Below are positions 1 to 9,098 of a DNA stretch of 64,000 nt, piece by piece. The notes under the pieces were generated by a model. It saw nothing but the letters and a program-made list of their open reading frames with translations, searched no databases and was not told where the DNA came from. The position numbers and the translations under genes are program-made. This stretch comes from an uncultured Candidatus Saccharibacteria bacterium. GTDB taxonomy: Bacteria > Patescibacteriota > Doudnabacteria > UBA920 > 2-01-FULL-46-14. The stretch is from contig CAZMCQ010000001.1 in the NCBI GenBank assembly GCA_964565195.1, forward strand, positions 61,153 to 125,152. Direction: 5' to 3'. Every line of letters starts with the position of its first letter. The stretch's first letter is position 1.

Positions 1-368
1 GTCTTTTTCGCGCTCCAGCCACCCTGGCGCGCGACCCAAACCGGATTGGTAAAATGATGCAAAGTGACAAACGTCGTAAAACCCATGCGCTTCAAAAGCG
101 CCAAAACCTCCTCATAATGGCGCAACTCCGCCTCATCCCACTGTCCGGCTTGCGGTTCAATCCGACTCCACTCCAGAGATAAACGGTGGGCATTCTGCTG
201 CAACTGTCCGGCCACGGCAAAATCCTCCGAGTAGCGGTGGTAATGATCGCAGGCTCGGCCGGCTTTGGGCACCTGCCTGCTTTGGGCCCAGTCATTATTG
301 ACAATCCCGCCCTCAACCTGATAGGCCGAGGTTGCGGCGCCCCATAAGAATCCTTTTGGAAACTGCAT
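1..368 (-). CDS. Glycoside hydrolase family 1 (beta-glucosidase-like), runs off the window edge
   Basis: Not in the ORF track. Manual translation from ATG 368 gives MQFPKGFLWGAATSAYQVEGG...ACDHYHRYSEDF...HRLSLEWSRIEP...VTLHHFTNPVW, which are classic GH1 N-terminal motifs. Confidence 0.93.
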   Translation of the reverse strand, partial: MQFPKGFLWGAATSAYQVEGGIVNNDWAQSRQVPKAGRACDHYHRYSEDFAVAGQLQQNAHRLSLEWSRIEPQAGQWDEAELRHYEEVLALLKRMGFTTFVTLHHFTNPVWVARQGGWSAKK

Positions 369-377
369 GGTTTAGCT

Positions 378-1220
378 TCACTTTTGGTTTCGGGTGAATT
401 CCCGGAAAAGGGTGAGTAATTTTTTAGCATACGGTCCGGGCCGGCCAGAACCGATTTTAATCTTATCCACCTTCACGACTGGCAAAACCTGCCGGTTCAT
501 TGAGGCCACAAACGCCTCGTCCGCATTTTTCAATTCCGCGTAGCGCAATTTGCGCCGCTCAACTTTGAGGCCGGCTTGGGGCGCAAGCCGCATAATAAAC
601 TTCAGGGTCACGCCCTCGAGCACCCCGTCCCTGGCAGTAATTAATTTTTTGCCTTTGATCATCGCAAAATTGGCAGTGCTGCACTCGAGAACATTTTTCT
701 GGTGGTCGAGATACAAAACCTCCTGGAAACCCGCGCGGCGGGCCTTTTTGTATTCCACGACGCCGGTCAGATAATCAATGGACTTGGCCACGGCATAAGG
801 GCGTTCGTAAACCAGGCTTTTGATTTTTATTCCGCGGTCATAAATCCAGGGCGGAAAGACCGGAAAATCCATAAATAAAATTATGAGGCGCGGCTGGCTC
901 ACCGGCAATAAAAAATTGCTGTCGCCGCCCGTGACAATCACCTTGATCGCGCAGTCCTGGCCGATCCGTCGAAGCCCCTCGCGGACTTTCCCGGCGATAA
1001 AGCCGCTCTGCGGAAGGGGCTTAAGCCCCAAAAGCCGCGCGGAGTTTTGCAACCGGCGCAAATGTTCACGCATGCCAAACGGCACGCCACGGTAACTGCG
1101 GAAGGGTTCGGCAATGCCAAAGGCGCGCTGGATGGACATATCCATCACCGAAATCTTCGCCTGCCGCATCGGCATAAATTTCCCGTCAACGTAAGCCAGC
1201 TCTTTCACCCGAGGTCGCAT
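378..1220 (-). CDS. Class IV PLP aminotransferase (IlvE/D-alanine transaminase family)
   Basis: Motifs HLRRLQNSA, AKSIDY, ECSTANF, VLEGVT, ADEAFVAS and GRPGP. TGn-TATAAT at 1227-1235 places +1 on the ATG. Confidence 0.88.
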   Translation of the reverse strand: MRPRVKELAYVDGKFMPMRQAKISVMDMSIQRAFGIAEPFRSYRGVPFGMREHLRRLQNSARLLGLKPLPQSGFIAGKVREGLRRIGQDCAIKVIVTGGDSNFLLPVSQPRLIILFMDFPVFPPWIYDRGIKIKSLVYERPYAVAKSIDYLTGVVEYKKARRAGFQEVLYLDHQKNVLECSTANFAMIKGKKLITARDGVLEGVTLKFIMRLAPQAGLKVERRKLRYAELKNADEAFVASMNRQVLPVVKVDKIKIGSGRPGPYAKKLLTLFREFTRNQK

Positions 1221-1312
1221 GCTTTGATTATATCACAATAAAAAGCAGCGACCCTGCTCGGGGCGAATCCGGCTGCCCAATTTTGCCAAAATTTTATTTT
1301 CCTTTTAAAAAA

Positions 1313-1534
1313 CTATACCCCCGGCTGGCCATCCGTCTTGCCGCCTTTGCCCATAAAAATTTCATAAAGCGCGGCGAGGCCGACCAGGACGTAGATAATC
1401 TTAGCCACGACCGAGTCCATCCCGCCAACCAGCGCGCTCAAATCCCAGTTAAAAAGCGCTAAAACCAGCCAGTTCAAACCGCCGATTATCAAAAGCCAGA
1501 GGGCCAGCATGTGCATGCCACTTTTGTTTCCCAT
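1313..1534 (-). CDS. DUF378-type small membrane protein
   Basis: LLIIGGLNW...IIYVLVGLAAL signature; SD GGGGTG upstream. Confidence 0.85.
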   Translation of the reverse strand: MGNKSGMHMLALWLLIIGGLNWLVLALFNWDLSALVGGMDSVVAKIIYVLVGLAALYEIFMGKGGKTDGQPGV

Positions 1535-1679
1535 CGTTTATCACCCCCTTTCAATTTTAATCATAGCGCACCAGAACGAAAGTCAACCCGGAGTTATGCA
1601 CAGGTGTTATGGTTGTCGAGGTTGAAAACTTTGGCCAAACGGATTATAATTCCCAAGTCTAAGCGATGTTAAAGAAAAA

Positions 1680-2291
1680 ATGAAAAAATATCTGCTTTAT
1701 TTAGTCGTTGTCATTGCCTTGGCGGCAGGTGGGGTCTTCGCGATTTTCAAACCCAAACCAGCGCCGCCGGCTGGCGCTCCCGCTGACGTCCAAACTGAAA
1801 ACATGGCTCCAACCACGACCGCTTCTGAACCAGAGCCGTTGCCGCCGGCGCCAAGCGGATCAACGTCCGCGCCACCGGCAGCGAGCTCGAATTCGTCACC
1901 GCCAAGCCCAAGCCCGACCGCAAATCCTCCATCCACCAATGCCACGGCCCCATCCCCTGCCCCGACTCCGGAGCCAGAACCGCAAACGGCTGCGCCAAGC
2001 CCTGCGCCCGAGACGCAAAACTTTTCCGTGACGGCAGATGACTCAAGTGCGTCGCCTTCAGAAATTACTGCCACTAAAGGCAGCGTGATTAACCTCACCT
2101 TCAATGTCAAAAGCACTGGCGTATATTACGCGGGGCTGGATTTCCGCAGTTCAGTGGTCAATACCGGCACCATCCTGGCTGGCGATTCCAAGACCGTGAG
2201 TTTCACGGCCAGTGAATCTTTTGAATTCATCCCCTACTGGCCGGGCAGCGGCGTGCGCAAGGGCTACACCATTAAAATCAACGTGCAGTAA
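1680..2291 (+). CDS. Membrane-anchored protein with Pro/Ser/Thr linker and C-terminal cupredoxin-like beta domain
   Basis: N-terminal TM, Pro-rich linker, then SPSEITATKGSVINLTF...GDSKTVSFTA. No Cys/His copper ligands. Promoter TTGAAA-N17-TATAAT at 1622-1650. Confidence 0.65.
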   Translation: MKKYLLYLVVVIALAAGGVFAIFKPKPAPPAGAPADVQTENMAPTTTASEPEPLPPAPSGSTSAPPAASSNSSPPSPSPTANPPSTNATAPSPAPTPEPEPQTAAPSPAPETQNFSVTADDSSASPSEITATKGSVINLTFNVKSTGVYYAGLDFRSSVVNTGTILAGDSKTVSFTASESFEFIPYWPGSGVRKGYTIKINVQ

Positions 2292-2354
2292 TTCCCTCGA
2301 GAATTGAAGTTTGAGAAAGAATTCGTTATCATAATGCGAGACGCGTTGCGACGA

Positions 2355-2428
2355 GCCGGTATCGTCTAATGGCAGGACGGTTGGTTCTCAGCCAACAAAT
2401 CGGGGTTCGATCCCCCGTACCGGTGCCA
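2355..2428 (+). tRNA. tRNA-Glu (CTC)
   Basis: Acceptor GCCGGTA/TACCGGT, anticodon arm GTTGG-TTCTCAG-CCAAC, GGTTCGATCC T-loop and encoded CCA. Confidence 0.95.
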
Positions 2429-2432
2429 AATT

Positions 2433-3089
2433 ATGAACAAAGCATTCAAAGCAAAAGTAACGAAATCCACTTTCAAAATGCCGAAGTGGATGGAGTGCTC
2501 CTGGCGCAGGCAGGAGTGCGGCAGGAAAAGCTGCAAGATCTGCTCGCGCCTCCAGAAAGACCGGCAGCGGCATCTGGACGCCGGCGAAGATCCGGACGAT
2601 ATGGCCGTAGTCTTTGAAGACATCAGTCTCGCCTTCAAAGAGACGCTGGCCGCGATCAAGCGGGACGCGGAGCGGCTGGGGATTGATATTACCAACATTG
2701 ATCACATCCAAGAGCCGCCGCGGCCGGAAAAATTTTCGCTTTACCGAAAAGTCGCGGCTTGGCGGCATTCCATGGCCGACCTGCTGGAGGGTGCCGATCT
2801 TGACGAAGAAATCTGGCCATTTACCGATGAGGGGCAGGATTTGTCCTGGTACAAAAACACGCTCTGCGCCAAGGTTTATCGCCAGCTCACCAACCGCTGG
2901 CATCTGGACAGCGACGACGACTATGGGGAGTTTGACTACGAATACACGCAGTATGTGCTCAAAGAGTGTCTGAAAATTTTGAAAGCCTCGCTCTCCGAAC
3001 TTATCAAAATGGATTTGCGCCACAAACCCCAATTCCTCATTGCCCTGGCGAATCTCAATACTCTGGAAAGCAAAATTCTAAAAATCTAG
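2433..3089 (+). CDS. Hypothetical protein with N-terminal Cys cluster (CxxxxxxCxxxxCxxC)
   Basis: 218-aa ORF starting 4 nt after the tRNA, with natural composition. Family not recognised. Confidence 0.65.
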   Translation: MNKAFKAKVTKSTFKMPKWMECSWRRQECGRKSCKICSRLQKDRQRHLDAGEDPDDMAVVFEDISLAFKETLAAIKRDAERLGIDITNIDHIQEPPRPEKFSLYRKVAAWRHSMADLLEGADLDEEIWPFTDEGQDLSWYKNTLCAKVYRQLTNRWHLDSDDDYGEFDYEYTQYVLKECLKILKASLSELIKMDLRHKPQFLIALANLNTLESKILKI

Positions 3090-4345
3090 GGTTTGTCCAG
3101 CCAGTCGGGAGATTGTCGGCAGAGGAGCCGCCCGGCTTTCTCCGGCTCGGCCATAATTTCCTTGACGATTTTCTCCATCCGCACGCCCTGCGAGCCCTTC
3201 ACGAGCACCGTATCCCCTTTTCGCAGCAGCCGCTGCACCGGCTTCAGGGCCTCGTCGCTTGTGGCAAACTCCAAAATATCTCTGGCCGGCATCCCGAGCC
3301 GCCGCGCCTCATCCGCGATGAATTTCGCGCGCGAGCCGACTGTCACCAAAACATTAATCTTTAATTCTACGACAACCGCGCCGAGCTGCCGGTGGCTACC
3401 CTCGGTAGACTCCCCAAGCTCAAGCATATCGCCCAGGACCGCGATGCGGCGCTTTTCCCCCAAACGCGCCAGGACCTCGAGCGCGGCCAGGGCCGAGCTT
3501 GGAGCGGCATTGTAAGTATCATCAATAATTTTGGTATCTTTGATACCGGCGAGGAGCCGCAGCCGCCCGGGCGGCGGCTCGAAAGCGCCAAGCGCGCGGC
3601 TGATCTCCACCAAGTTCATCTTGAGCGCCAGGCCGACGGCCACAGCCGCCAAGGCGGCATAGACATTCGGTTTGCCCAGGCCCCCGGGCAGCTCGACTGG
3701 CACCACATTGCCGTGGTAATGAATCTTGAAATATGTGCCGGCTGTTTTTTCCGCAAGGTCCGAGGCAAAGATATCTGCTTCCGGATCCAGGCCGTAAAAG
3801 AAGATCCGGTCGGCGTGTTTTAGGGCCATGGCCTGCACTTTCTCATCATCATAATTCAAAACCGCGGCGCCGCCGACCACGAGGCCGGTAATAATTCGGC
3901 TTTTTTCCCGGGCAATTCTTTCCACTTTGCCAAAATACTCCAGGTGCGACGGCCCCACCGCGGTCACCACGGAAATTTTCGGGTGCACAAAGGACATCAA
4001 ATACTCAATATCTCCGGGCCGATCCGCGCCCATTTCCAAAACCAGAACTTTCGGATACGGATAAGGAAGCAGGAACAACAGTTTGGCCCGGAGCAGAACA
4101 CCCAGCCAGGCCCAGATGTTTTTCCCGCCGGACTCGGCGCCGATAATAGCCAGCGGCACGCCGATCTCGTTGTTGTAATTGCCGCGGGATTTCCACGTCC
4201 GCAGTTTCGCGGCGGCCACTGCGAAAATTGCCTCTTTGGTGGAAGTCTTGCCCACGCTGCCCGTGATGGCGATCACGACTGGCTGGTATTTCCAGAGGAT
4301 TAGCTGCGACAATACGCGGAGAATGAATTGTAATAATCGTTTCAC
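3086..4345 (-). CDS. murF: UDP-MurNAc-tripeptide--D-Ala-D-Ala ligase
   Basis: Motifs ITGSVGKTSTKE, NYNNEIGVP, LEMGAD, DDTYNAAP, LGDMLELG and VKGSQ. Confidence 0.93.
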   Translation of the reverse strand: MKRLLQFILRVLSQLILWKYQPVVIAITGSVGKTSTKEAIFAVAAAKLRTWKSRGNYNNEIGVPLAIIGAESGGKNIWAWLGVLLRAKLLFLLPYPYPKVLVLEMGADRPGDIEYLMSFVHPKISVVTAVGPSHLEYFGKVERIAREKSRIITGLVVGGAAVLNYDDEKVQAMALKHADRIFFYGLDPEADIFASDLAEKTAGTYFKIHYHGNVVPVELPGGLGKPNVYAALAAVAVGLALKMNLVEISRALGAFEPPPGRLRLLAGIKDTKIIDDTYNAAPSSALAALEVLARLGEKRRIAVLGDMLELGESTEGSHRQLGAVVVELKINVLVTVGSRAKFIADEARRLGMPARDILEFATSDEALKPVQRLLRKGDTVLVKGSQGVRMEKIVKEIMAEPEKAGRLLCRQSPDWLDKP

Positions 4346-6012
4346 CTTGTCGGTGGCACCTGGTAATAATTCAAGATAAATTGCGCGAGTTCTCCGAAAA
4401 TCGGGGCGGCCGTGCTCTCGGCGAATTTTACATCTTTGGGATTGTCAATTCTTACCACGGCCGCAAACACCGGATTGTCCACCGGCGCAAAGCCGGCAAA
4501 CGAACCAATGGTCACGTTCGGTTCATAGCCCGCGCGGCCGGCCGCTGCAACCTGCGCGGTGCCGGTTTTGCCGGCCACATAGTAGCCCGGCACTGCGGCT
4601 CTCTTCCCATGCCCGTTTTCCACGACCGAGACCAGCATGGCACCCAGCGTGGCCGCGGTGCGGTCAGTAATTACTGCTTCTGCCTCGGCTACGCCCTGCC
4701 CTTCCACGATATAGGGCTTTATCATTTTACCGCCATTGGCGATTGCCGCAAAGGCGCGAGCCAGCTGCAGCGGCGTTACGGTAATGCCCTGGCCGAAGGA
4801 GGCGGTCGCATACTGGATATCGCCGGTGCGCTTGAGGTTGCGGAGATCCCCCGGCGACTCGGCCGGCAGAGTGATCCCGGTCTTCTCGCCAAAGCCGAAC
4901 CGCTTGATGGTCGCGAGAAATTTCTCGGCCCCGAGTTTATCCTGCGCATAAATAGCGCCGGTGTTAAGCGACTCTTCCAGCACCTGGGTCATCGTCCGCT
5001 GCCCGTGCGCCTTGCCGTCGGAATTTTTGATCGTAAAATCCTTAAAGCTCACCTGCCCCGTATCTTCATAAGTTTCGTCCGGGGTGATCGCGCCCTCCTG
5101 CAAAGCGCCGGCCAAGGTAATCGCCTTAAATACTGAGCCGGGTTCATACGCGTCAGAGACCGCGCGGTTTTTAAATACGCCCGCGTCCGCCACCTCGTTG
5201 AATGTGTTCGGATCAAAGGTCGGGTAGCTGGCCATGGCCAGAATCGCGCCGGTTTGGGGATCGAGCACCGTGATGCTCCCGGAATCCGCGCCGTGCCGGG
5301 CGACGCCGGCGGCGAGCAACGACTCCGCCTTGAACTGGATCGCGCGGTCAAGCGTCAGGGTGAGGTCAAGGCCGTCCTGCGCGGGCTGCAGTTTGCGGAA
5401 AGCACCGGAAATCCACCCGCCACCCGCGGCCTTTTCGGCAAACAGCGAACCGCTCTGCCCGGCGAGTTCCTCTTCAAAATACTCCTCCACGCCATAGCGG
5501 CCGACGCGCTTATCGCTGACATAGCCCAGGAAGCCCAGGACCTGCGAGGCAAAAATTTTCTCCGGGTAAAAACGGTGGGTTTCGCCCTGCAGGTAAATTC
5601 CGGACAATGCCAGTTTTTTCACTGCGAGAGCCTCGCTTTCCGGCAGCTGCTTTTTGATAGCCACCCACTTGCGGGAGTCGTCCGAGATTTTTTCAAGAAT
5701 TTCCCGCGCGCTCATCCCCACTACCGCGCTTAACGCGGCGGCGGTCTTCGCCTTGTCAAAAATTTCCGGCGGCACGGCATAGACCAGGGCTCTTTCCACA
5801 TTGGTCACCACTGGCACCGGATCGCGGCCGGCCGACTCCGAGACAAAAATCTGGCCGCGCTGCGGATAAAGAATTTTTGCCAGCTCGTGCTGATTCTCCG
5901 CAAGATTGCGGTAAAACGAATTCCCCAAAACCTGTAATGCAAACAGCCGCACGATGACGGCGGCTGTAAAGATTAGAAAAAAAATCGCCAGTAAAAAATG
6001 CCGAGACTTCAT
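4342..6012 (-). CDS. ftsI: Class B penicillin-binding protein (FtsI/PBP2)
   Basis: N-terminal TM; EPGSVFK (SxxK), SLN (SxN) and KTGTAQ; position in the dcw cluster. Confidence 0.9.
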   Translation of the reverse strand: MKSRHFLLAIFFLIFTAAVIVRLFALQVLGNSFYRNLAENQHELAKILYPQRGQIFVSESAGRDPVPVVTNVERALVYAVPPEIFDKAKTAAALSAVVGMSAREILEKISDDSRKWVAIKKQLPESEALAVKKLALSGIYLQGETHRFYPEKIFASQVLGFLGYVSDKRVGRYGVEEYFEEELAGQSGSLFAEKAAGGGWISGAFRKLQPAQDGLDLTLTLDRAIQFKAESLLAAGVARHGADSGSITVLDPQTGAILAMASYPTFDPNTFNEVADAGVFKNRAVSDAYEPGSVFKAITLAGALQEGAITPDETYEDTGQVSFKDFTIKNSDGKAHGQRTMTQVLEESLNTGAIYAQDKLGAEKFLATIKRFGFGEKTGITLPAESPGDLRNLKRTGDIQYATASFGQGITVTPLQLARAFAAIANGGKMIKPYIVEGQGVAEAEAVITDRTAATLGAMLVSVVENGHGKRAAVPGYYVAGKTGTAQVAAAGRAGYEPNVTIGSFAGFAPVDNPVFAAVVRIDNPKDVKFAESTAAPIFGELAQFILNYYQVPPTR

Positions 6013-6359
6013 TTGTACGAAAACCCCTGCTTGGGCAGGTATTTCATATTTTTACTCGGTACGAGGTTCAAAGTTTTTATCTCCAGATCCATGCTCTGGA
6101 TGGCTTTGCGGGAAGCGGCCTCTATTTCCAGACGATCACGCTCCGCTTTGGCTTGCGCGAGCGTGTTCTCAAGACGCTTGATTTCGTAGCCCTGCGTGGA
6201 GAGATTGTTCACGGCCAAAAGATAGGCGATGCTCGTCGCGACGAGCATCGCCGCGATCCAAAACCCAAAATCCGGACGAATTTTCATCCTCGTTTTATTT
6301 CTTGTCTTACTCTTGTAGATCGCTGGCAAGGCGAGCGACAGAGCGAAAAATCTTCCCAT
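6009..6359 (-). CDS. ftsL: FtsL-like cell division protein
   Basis: Single TM followed by a coiled coil (GYEIKRLENTLAQAKAERDRLEIE), between rsmH and ftsI. Start reassigned to ATG 6359. Confidence 0.65.
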   Translation of the reverse strand: MGRFFALSLALPAIYKSKTRNKTRMKIRPDFGFWIAAMLVATSIAYLLAVNNLSTQGYEIKRLENTLAQAKAERDRLEIEAASRKAIQSMDLEIKTLNLVPSKNMKYLPKQGFSYK

Positions 6360-6376
6360 TTTGCAGCAGAGTTTAA

Positions 6377-7363
6377 TTATAATTTCTGCGCCACGCGCAA
6401 TTTGGCGGATTGGGCGCGTCGATTTCCGGCGATCTCTTCGGCGGAGGCCGTAACCGGTTTTTTCGTGGATATCCGCAAAGTGGCGCGGGCATCGCAGCGG
6501 CAGACCGGGAATTCCGGAGGGCAAACGCAGTTGCGGGCTTCTTTTTGAAAAAAACTTTTGACGATCCGGTCCTCCAGCGAATGAAAAGAGATCACCACAA
6601 GCTTCCCTCCCCCCTTACTCCCCTTACCCCCTTTCAGGAGTTCCAAAGCTTGCGGCAAGGCCTTTTCCAGCGCGCCCAATTCATCGTTAACCTCAATCCG
6701 CAGACTCTGGAATATTCTTCTCGCGGTATCACCGGCGCGGAAACGGAATTTGGCCGGCAACGCTTTTTTAATGAGCTCAAAAAGTTGATCCGTGGTCTCA
6801 ACGCTGCCGGTTTTGCGTGCCTCCAGAATGGCTCGCGCTACCCGCTTCCCCCATCTTTTTTCTTCGCCGTAATCTCTGAATATTCTGTATAAATCTTTTT
6901 CCGAAAATTGATTGACGATGCTCTCGGCCGTTTCGGATTTCGAATTTCGTGCTTCGGATTTATCGAATCGCATATCCAGTGGCCCGGCTTTCTGAAAGGA
7001 AAATCCCCGCTCCGGATCATCAAGCTGATGACTACCGAGGCCAAGATCGAAAAGAATGCCATCCACTTCTGCAAAACCGTGCTCTTCGGCAATCTCTTTT
7101 ATGTCTTTGAAGTTTCCGGCCACAATGCGCAGTTTGTCATTCTGGAGCGGAGCGATAGAATCCCTTGAGATCCTATCGGGGCTTCTTCCCTCCAGGATGA
7201 CGGCTGTTTGAGGATCCCTATCTATGCCCAATACTATTCCACCCCCTTTCACAATCTCCTTTGCATGCCCGCCCATTCCGTACGTGGCGTCAATGTATCG
7301 CTTGCCCGGGGCCGGATCGAGGAATGCGATAACTTCTTTTAAAAGAACCGGGGTATGATTCAC
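6377..7363 (-). CDS. rsmH: 16S rRNA m4C1402 methyltransferase, carrying repeat-derived in-frame insertions
   Basis: Motifs HTPVLLKE, DATYGMGGH, DLGLGSHQLD, RGFSF, PLDMR, ISFHSLEDRIVK and AQSAKLR. Confidence 0.96.
   Translation of the reverse strand: MNHTPVLLKEVIAFLDPAPGKRYIDATYGMGGHAKEIVKGGGIVLGIDRDPQTAVILEGRSPDRISRDSIAPLQNDKLRIVAGNFKDIKEIAEEHGFAEVDGILFDLGLGSHQLDDPERGFSFQKAGPLDMRFDKSEARNSKSETAESIVNQFSEKDLYRIFRDYGEEKRWGKRVARAILEARKTGSVETTDQLFELIKKALPAKFRFRAGDTARRIFQSLRIEVNDELGALEKALPQALELLKGGKGSKGGGKLVVISFHSLEDRIVKSFFQKEARNCVCPPEFPVCRCDARATLRISTKKPVTASAEEIAGNRRAQSAKLRVAQKL
6930..6961 (-). repeat. Heptamer tandem repeat in-frame in rsmH
   Basis: Minus strand AAATCCG AAGCACG AAATTCG AAATCCG AAAC encodes KSEARNSKSET. 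Confidence 0.75.
7136..7201. repeat. 66-bp GTCAT...ATGAC palindromic element in-frame in rsmH
   Basis: Outer arms GTCATTCTGGAG/CTCCAGGATGAC with inner GATAGAATC/GATCCTATC arms. Exactly 22 codons (VILEGRSPDRISRDSIAPLQND). Confidence 0.85.
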
Positions 7364-7788
7364 ACCAACTGCTCCAGTGCCTCCGCAATATCAGTTGACT
7401 GTTTTTCTGTTTGTTTCTTATAGGTTGCCCACCTGCCTTCGTCCCAAATTTCCAGACGATTGTAGAGCCCGGCCACTACCACGCGCTTTTTTATGCCCGC
7501 GAACTGGCGCAGGTAATCCGGGATGATGACCCGGCCGGTCTTGTCCATTTCGAGGTCCATGGCGCCAGCGAGCATCAGGCGCGAAAACGCGCGAGTGTTC
7601 GTCCGGCTGATGGGAAGGGCGGAGAGTTTTCTCGCCAAAATTTCCCACTCTCTGGCAGTGTATAAGAAAAGGGCGCTGTCCAGTCCCCGTGTCACCACGG
7701 CTCCGCGGCTAAGCGAGCTCCGGAATTTGACGGGGATGGACAGCCTTCCTTTCTCATCCACTGTTAATGAATATTCACCGATGAACAC
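7360..7788 (-). CDS. mraZ: Division/cell wall cluster repressor MraZ
   Basis: Motifs MFIGEY, DEKGRLSIP, DKTGRVIIP and RLEIW. Confidence 0.96.
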   Translation of the reverse strand: MFIGEYSLTVDEKGRLSIPVKFRSSLSRGAVVTRGLDSALFLYTAREWEILARKLSALPISRTNTRAFSRLMLAGAMDLEMDKTGRVIIPDYLRQFAGIKKRVVVAGLYNRLEIWDEGRWATYKKQTEKQSTDIAEALEQLV

Positions 7789-7796
7789 ACCAATTT

Positions 7797-7864
7797 GTCA
7801 TTCCCGCGCAGGCGGGAATCCATAAATATTAAATAATATGGATCCCGGCCTTCGCCGGGATGGA
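7797..7864. repeat. REP/dRS3-like bipartite palindrome in the mraZ leader
   Basis: GTCATTCCCGCGCAGGCGGGAATCCA, an AT spacer, then TGGATCCCGGCCTTCGCCGGGATG. The first 26 bp are identical to the reverse complement of 23855-23880. Confidence 0.85.
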
Positions 7865-7883
7865 AAACTCGGGTACGAGTTTC

Positions 7884-7918
7884 CCACATATCCCCACTCT
7901 TTTCCACAAATCTACCAC
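7884..7918 (-). promoter_or_regulatory. MraZ-binding GTGG direct repeats
   Basis: Four GTGG on the minus strand (plus-strand CCAC at 7884, 7894, 7904, 7915; 10-11 bp period), just downstream of the promoter. Confidence 0.85.
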
Positions 7919-7927
7919 TTCCCCCCT

Positions 7928-7956
7928 ATTATACTCCACCCAAGTTTTTTCGTCAA
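7928..7956 (-). promoter_or_regulatory. sigma70-type dcw promoter
   Basis: TTGACG-N17-TATAAT. Confidence 0.85.
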
Positions 7957-7960
7957 TACT

Positions 7961-7986
7961 AAAAATCGCCATCTTTGGCGATTTTT
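7961..7986. terminator. Intrinsic terminator after gdh
   Basis: AAAAATCGCCA-TCTT-TGGCGATTTTT. Confidence 0.8.
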
Positions 7987-7999
7987 GTCAAATTAAGAA

Positions 8000-9097
8000 T
8001 TAAAAGGGTATCAAGCGCCGCGCGGCCGTGATTTTCTCTTGAGCGAGCTTTAAAGCCACGGCCCGGGGATTTTTCTTTTGCCGCAGGGCCCGCTTGAGTA
8101 CCATGGTGGTGCTGGATTTAATTTTTTTCTCCACCAGCTCCAGCATCCGTTTCGGATTGTAACCCCGATACTCGGCGTATGAGGAAATCACTCCCCCGGC
8201 ATTGGCCACGAAATCAGGGACAACGAGGATGCCTTTTTTGTGTAGTTCTTTTTCAATCTCTTCCGTCATGGGGATATTACCCGCCTCCACGATAATTTTG
8301 GCTTTGATTTTATTTTTATTGGATTTATTGATGACGTCTGTAACAGAAGCGGGAATGAGAATATCAGCATCGAGCTGCCAAAAATCTTCCGGCTTGATTC
8401 TGAATTTTTTAGGATATTTATCGAGAGCATCCGTTTTTTTAAGGCCAGCCGGAGAATAAACAGTGTATTTCCTGTCTGCCAGTGCCACAACTTTGGCCCC
8501 CAACCCGCTGAGATATTGATAAGTGAAAGTGCCGACATTACCAAAGCCGTGAATAGCGAGGCGCGCGCCCGATAAATCTACACCGGCCATCCGGGCGGCA
8601 ATGCGGGTGGCCACGGCCACGCCAAACCCCGTGCTGCCAAACTCGTGCGGAATTCCGCACCGCTCGCCCGGTTTGCCGAAAATCTTCATGCAGAGATTGG
8701 CGGGCTTGCCAGTGGCGCTCCGCCAGTCGTTTGTCGCTTCCACAAACCACTGCATTTCCCGCTCGCCAGTATTCACGTCAGGGCCGGCGATGTATTTTTT
8801 TGGGGTGAATAATTTTACCGCCCGGGCAAAACTCTGGATAAACTGCTTTTTTAATCTATCTGAACCGCCCCGCCAGATAATGCCGGCCTTGGCCCCGCCA
8901 AAAGGAATCCCAGCCAAAGCGTTTTTCCAAGTCATGGTCCGGGCAAGCCGAGCGACTTCCTCAACACTCACATCAGGCGTCATGCGAATCCCTCCCTTGC
9001 CCGCCCCAAGTACCGTGTTATCAATTACCAAAAAACCCTGCATGCCAACTCGCGGGTCATACACTTCAAGAATGTATTCCGGCCCAAATTTATCCAT
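8000..9097 (-). CDS. Glu/Leu/Phe/Val dehydrogenase (glutamate dehydrogenase-like)
   Basis: Motifs GKGGIR, MTWKNALAGIPFGGAK, GPDVNT, STGFGV, HGFGNVG and PDFVANAGGVISSY. Start reassigned to ATG 9097. Confidence 0.9.
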   Translation of the reverse strand: MDKFGPEYILEVYDPRVGMQGFLVIDNTVLGAGKGGIRMTPDVSVEEVARLARTMTWKNALAGIPFGGAKAGIIWRGGSDRLKKQFIQSFARAVKLFTPKKYIAGPDVNTGEREMQWFVEATNDWRSATGKPANLCMKIFGKPGERCGIPHEFGSTGFGVAVATRIAARMAGVDLSGARLAIHGFGNVGTFTYQYLSGLGAKVVALADRKYTVYSPAGLKKTDALDKYPKKFRIKPEDFWQLDADILIPASVTDVINKSNKNKIKAKIIVEAGNIPMTEEIEKELHKKGILVVPDFVANAGGVISSYAEYRGYNPKRMLELVEKKIKSSTTMVLKRALRQKKNPRAVALKLAQEKITAARRLIPF

Positions 9098-9098
9098 A

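Noticed and set aside
1594-1602. DnaA-box-like 9-mers (also 7900-7908 and 51106-51114)
   Set aside because: They are isolated single boxes with no cluster or dnaA context, so there is no support for oriC.
2355-3089. tRNA-Glu as an integration site
   Set aside because: No integrase and no duplicated tRNA 3' end were noticed in the window.
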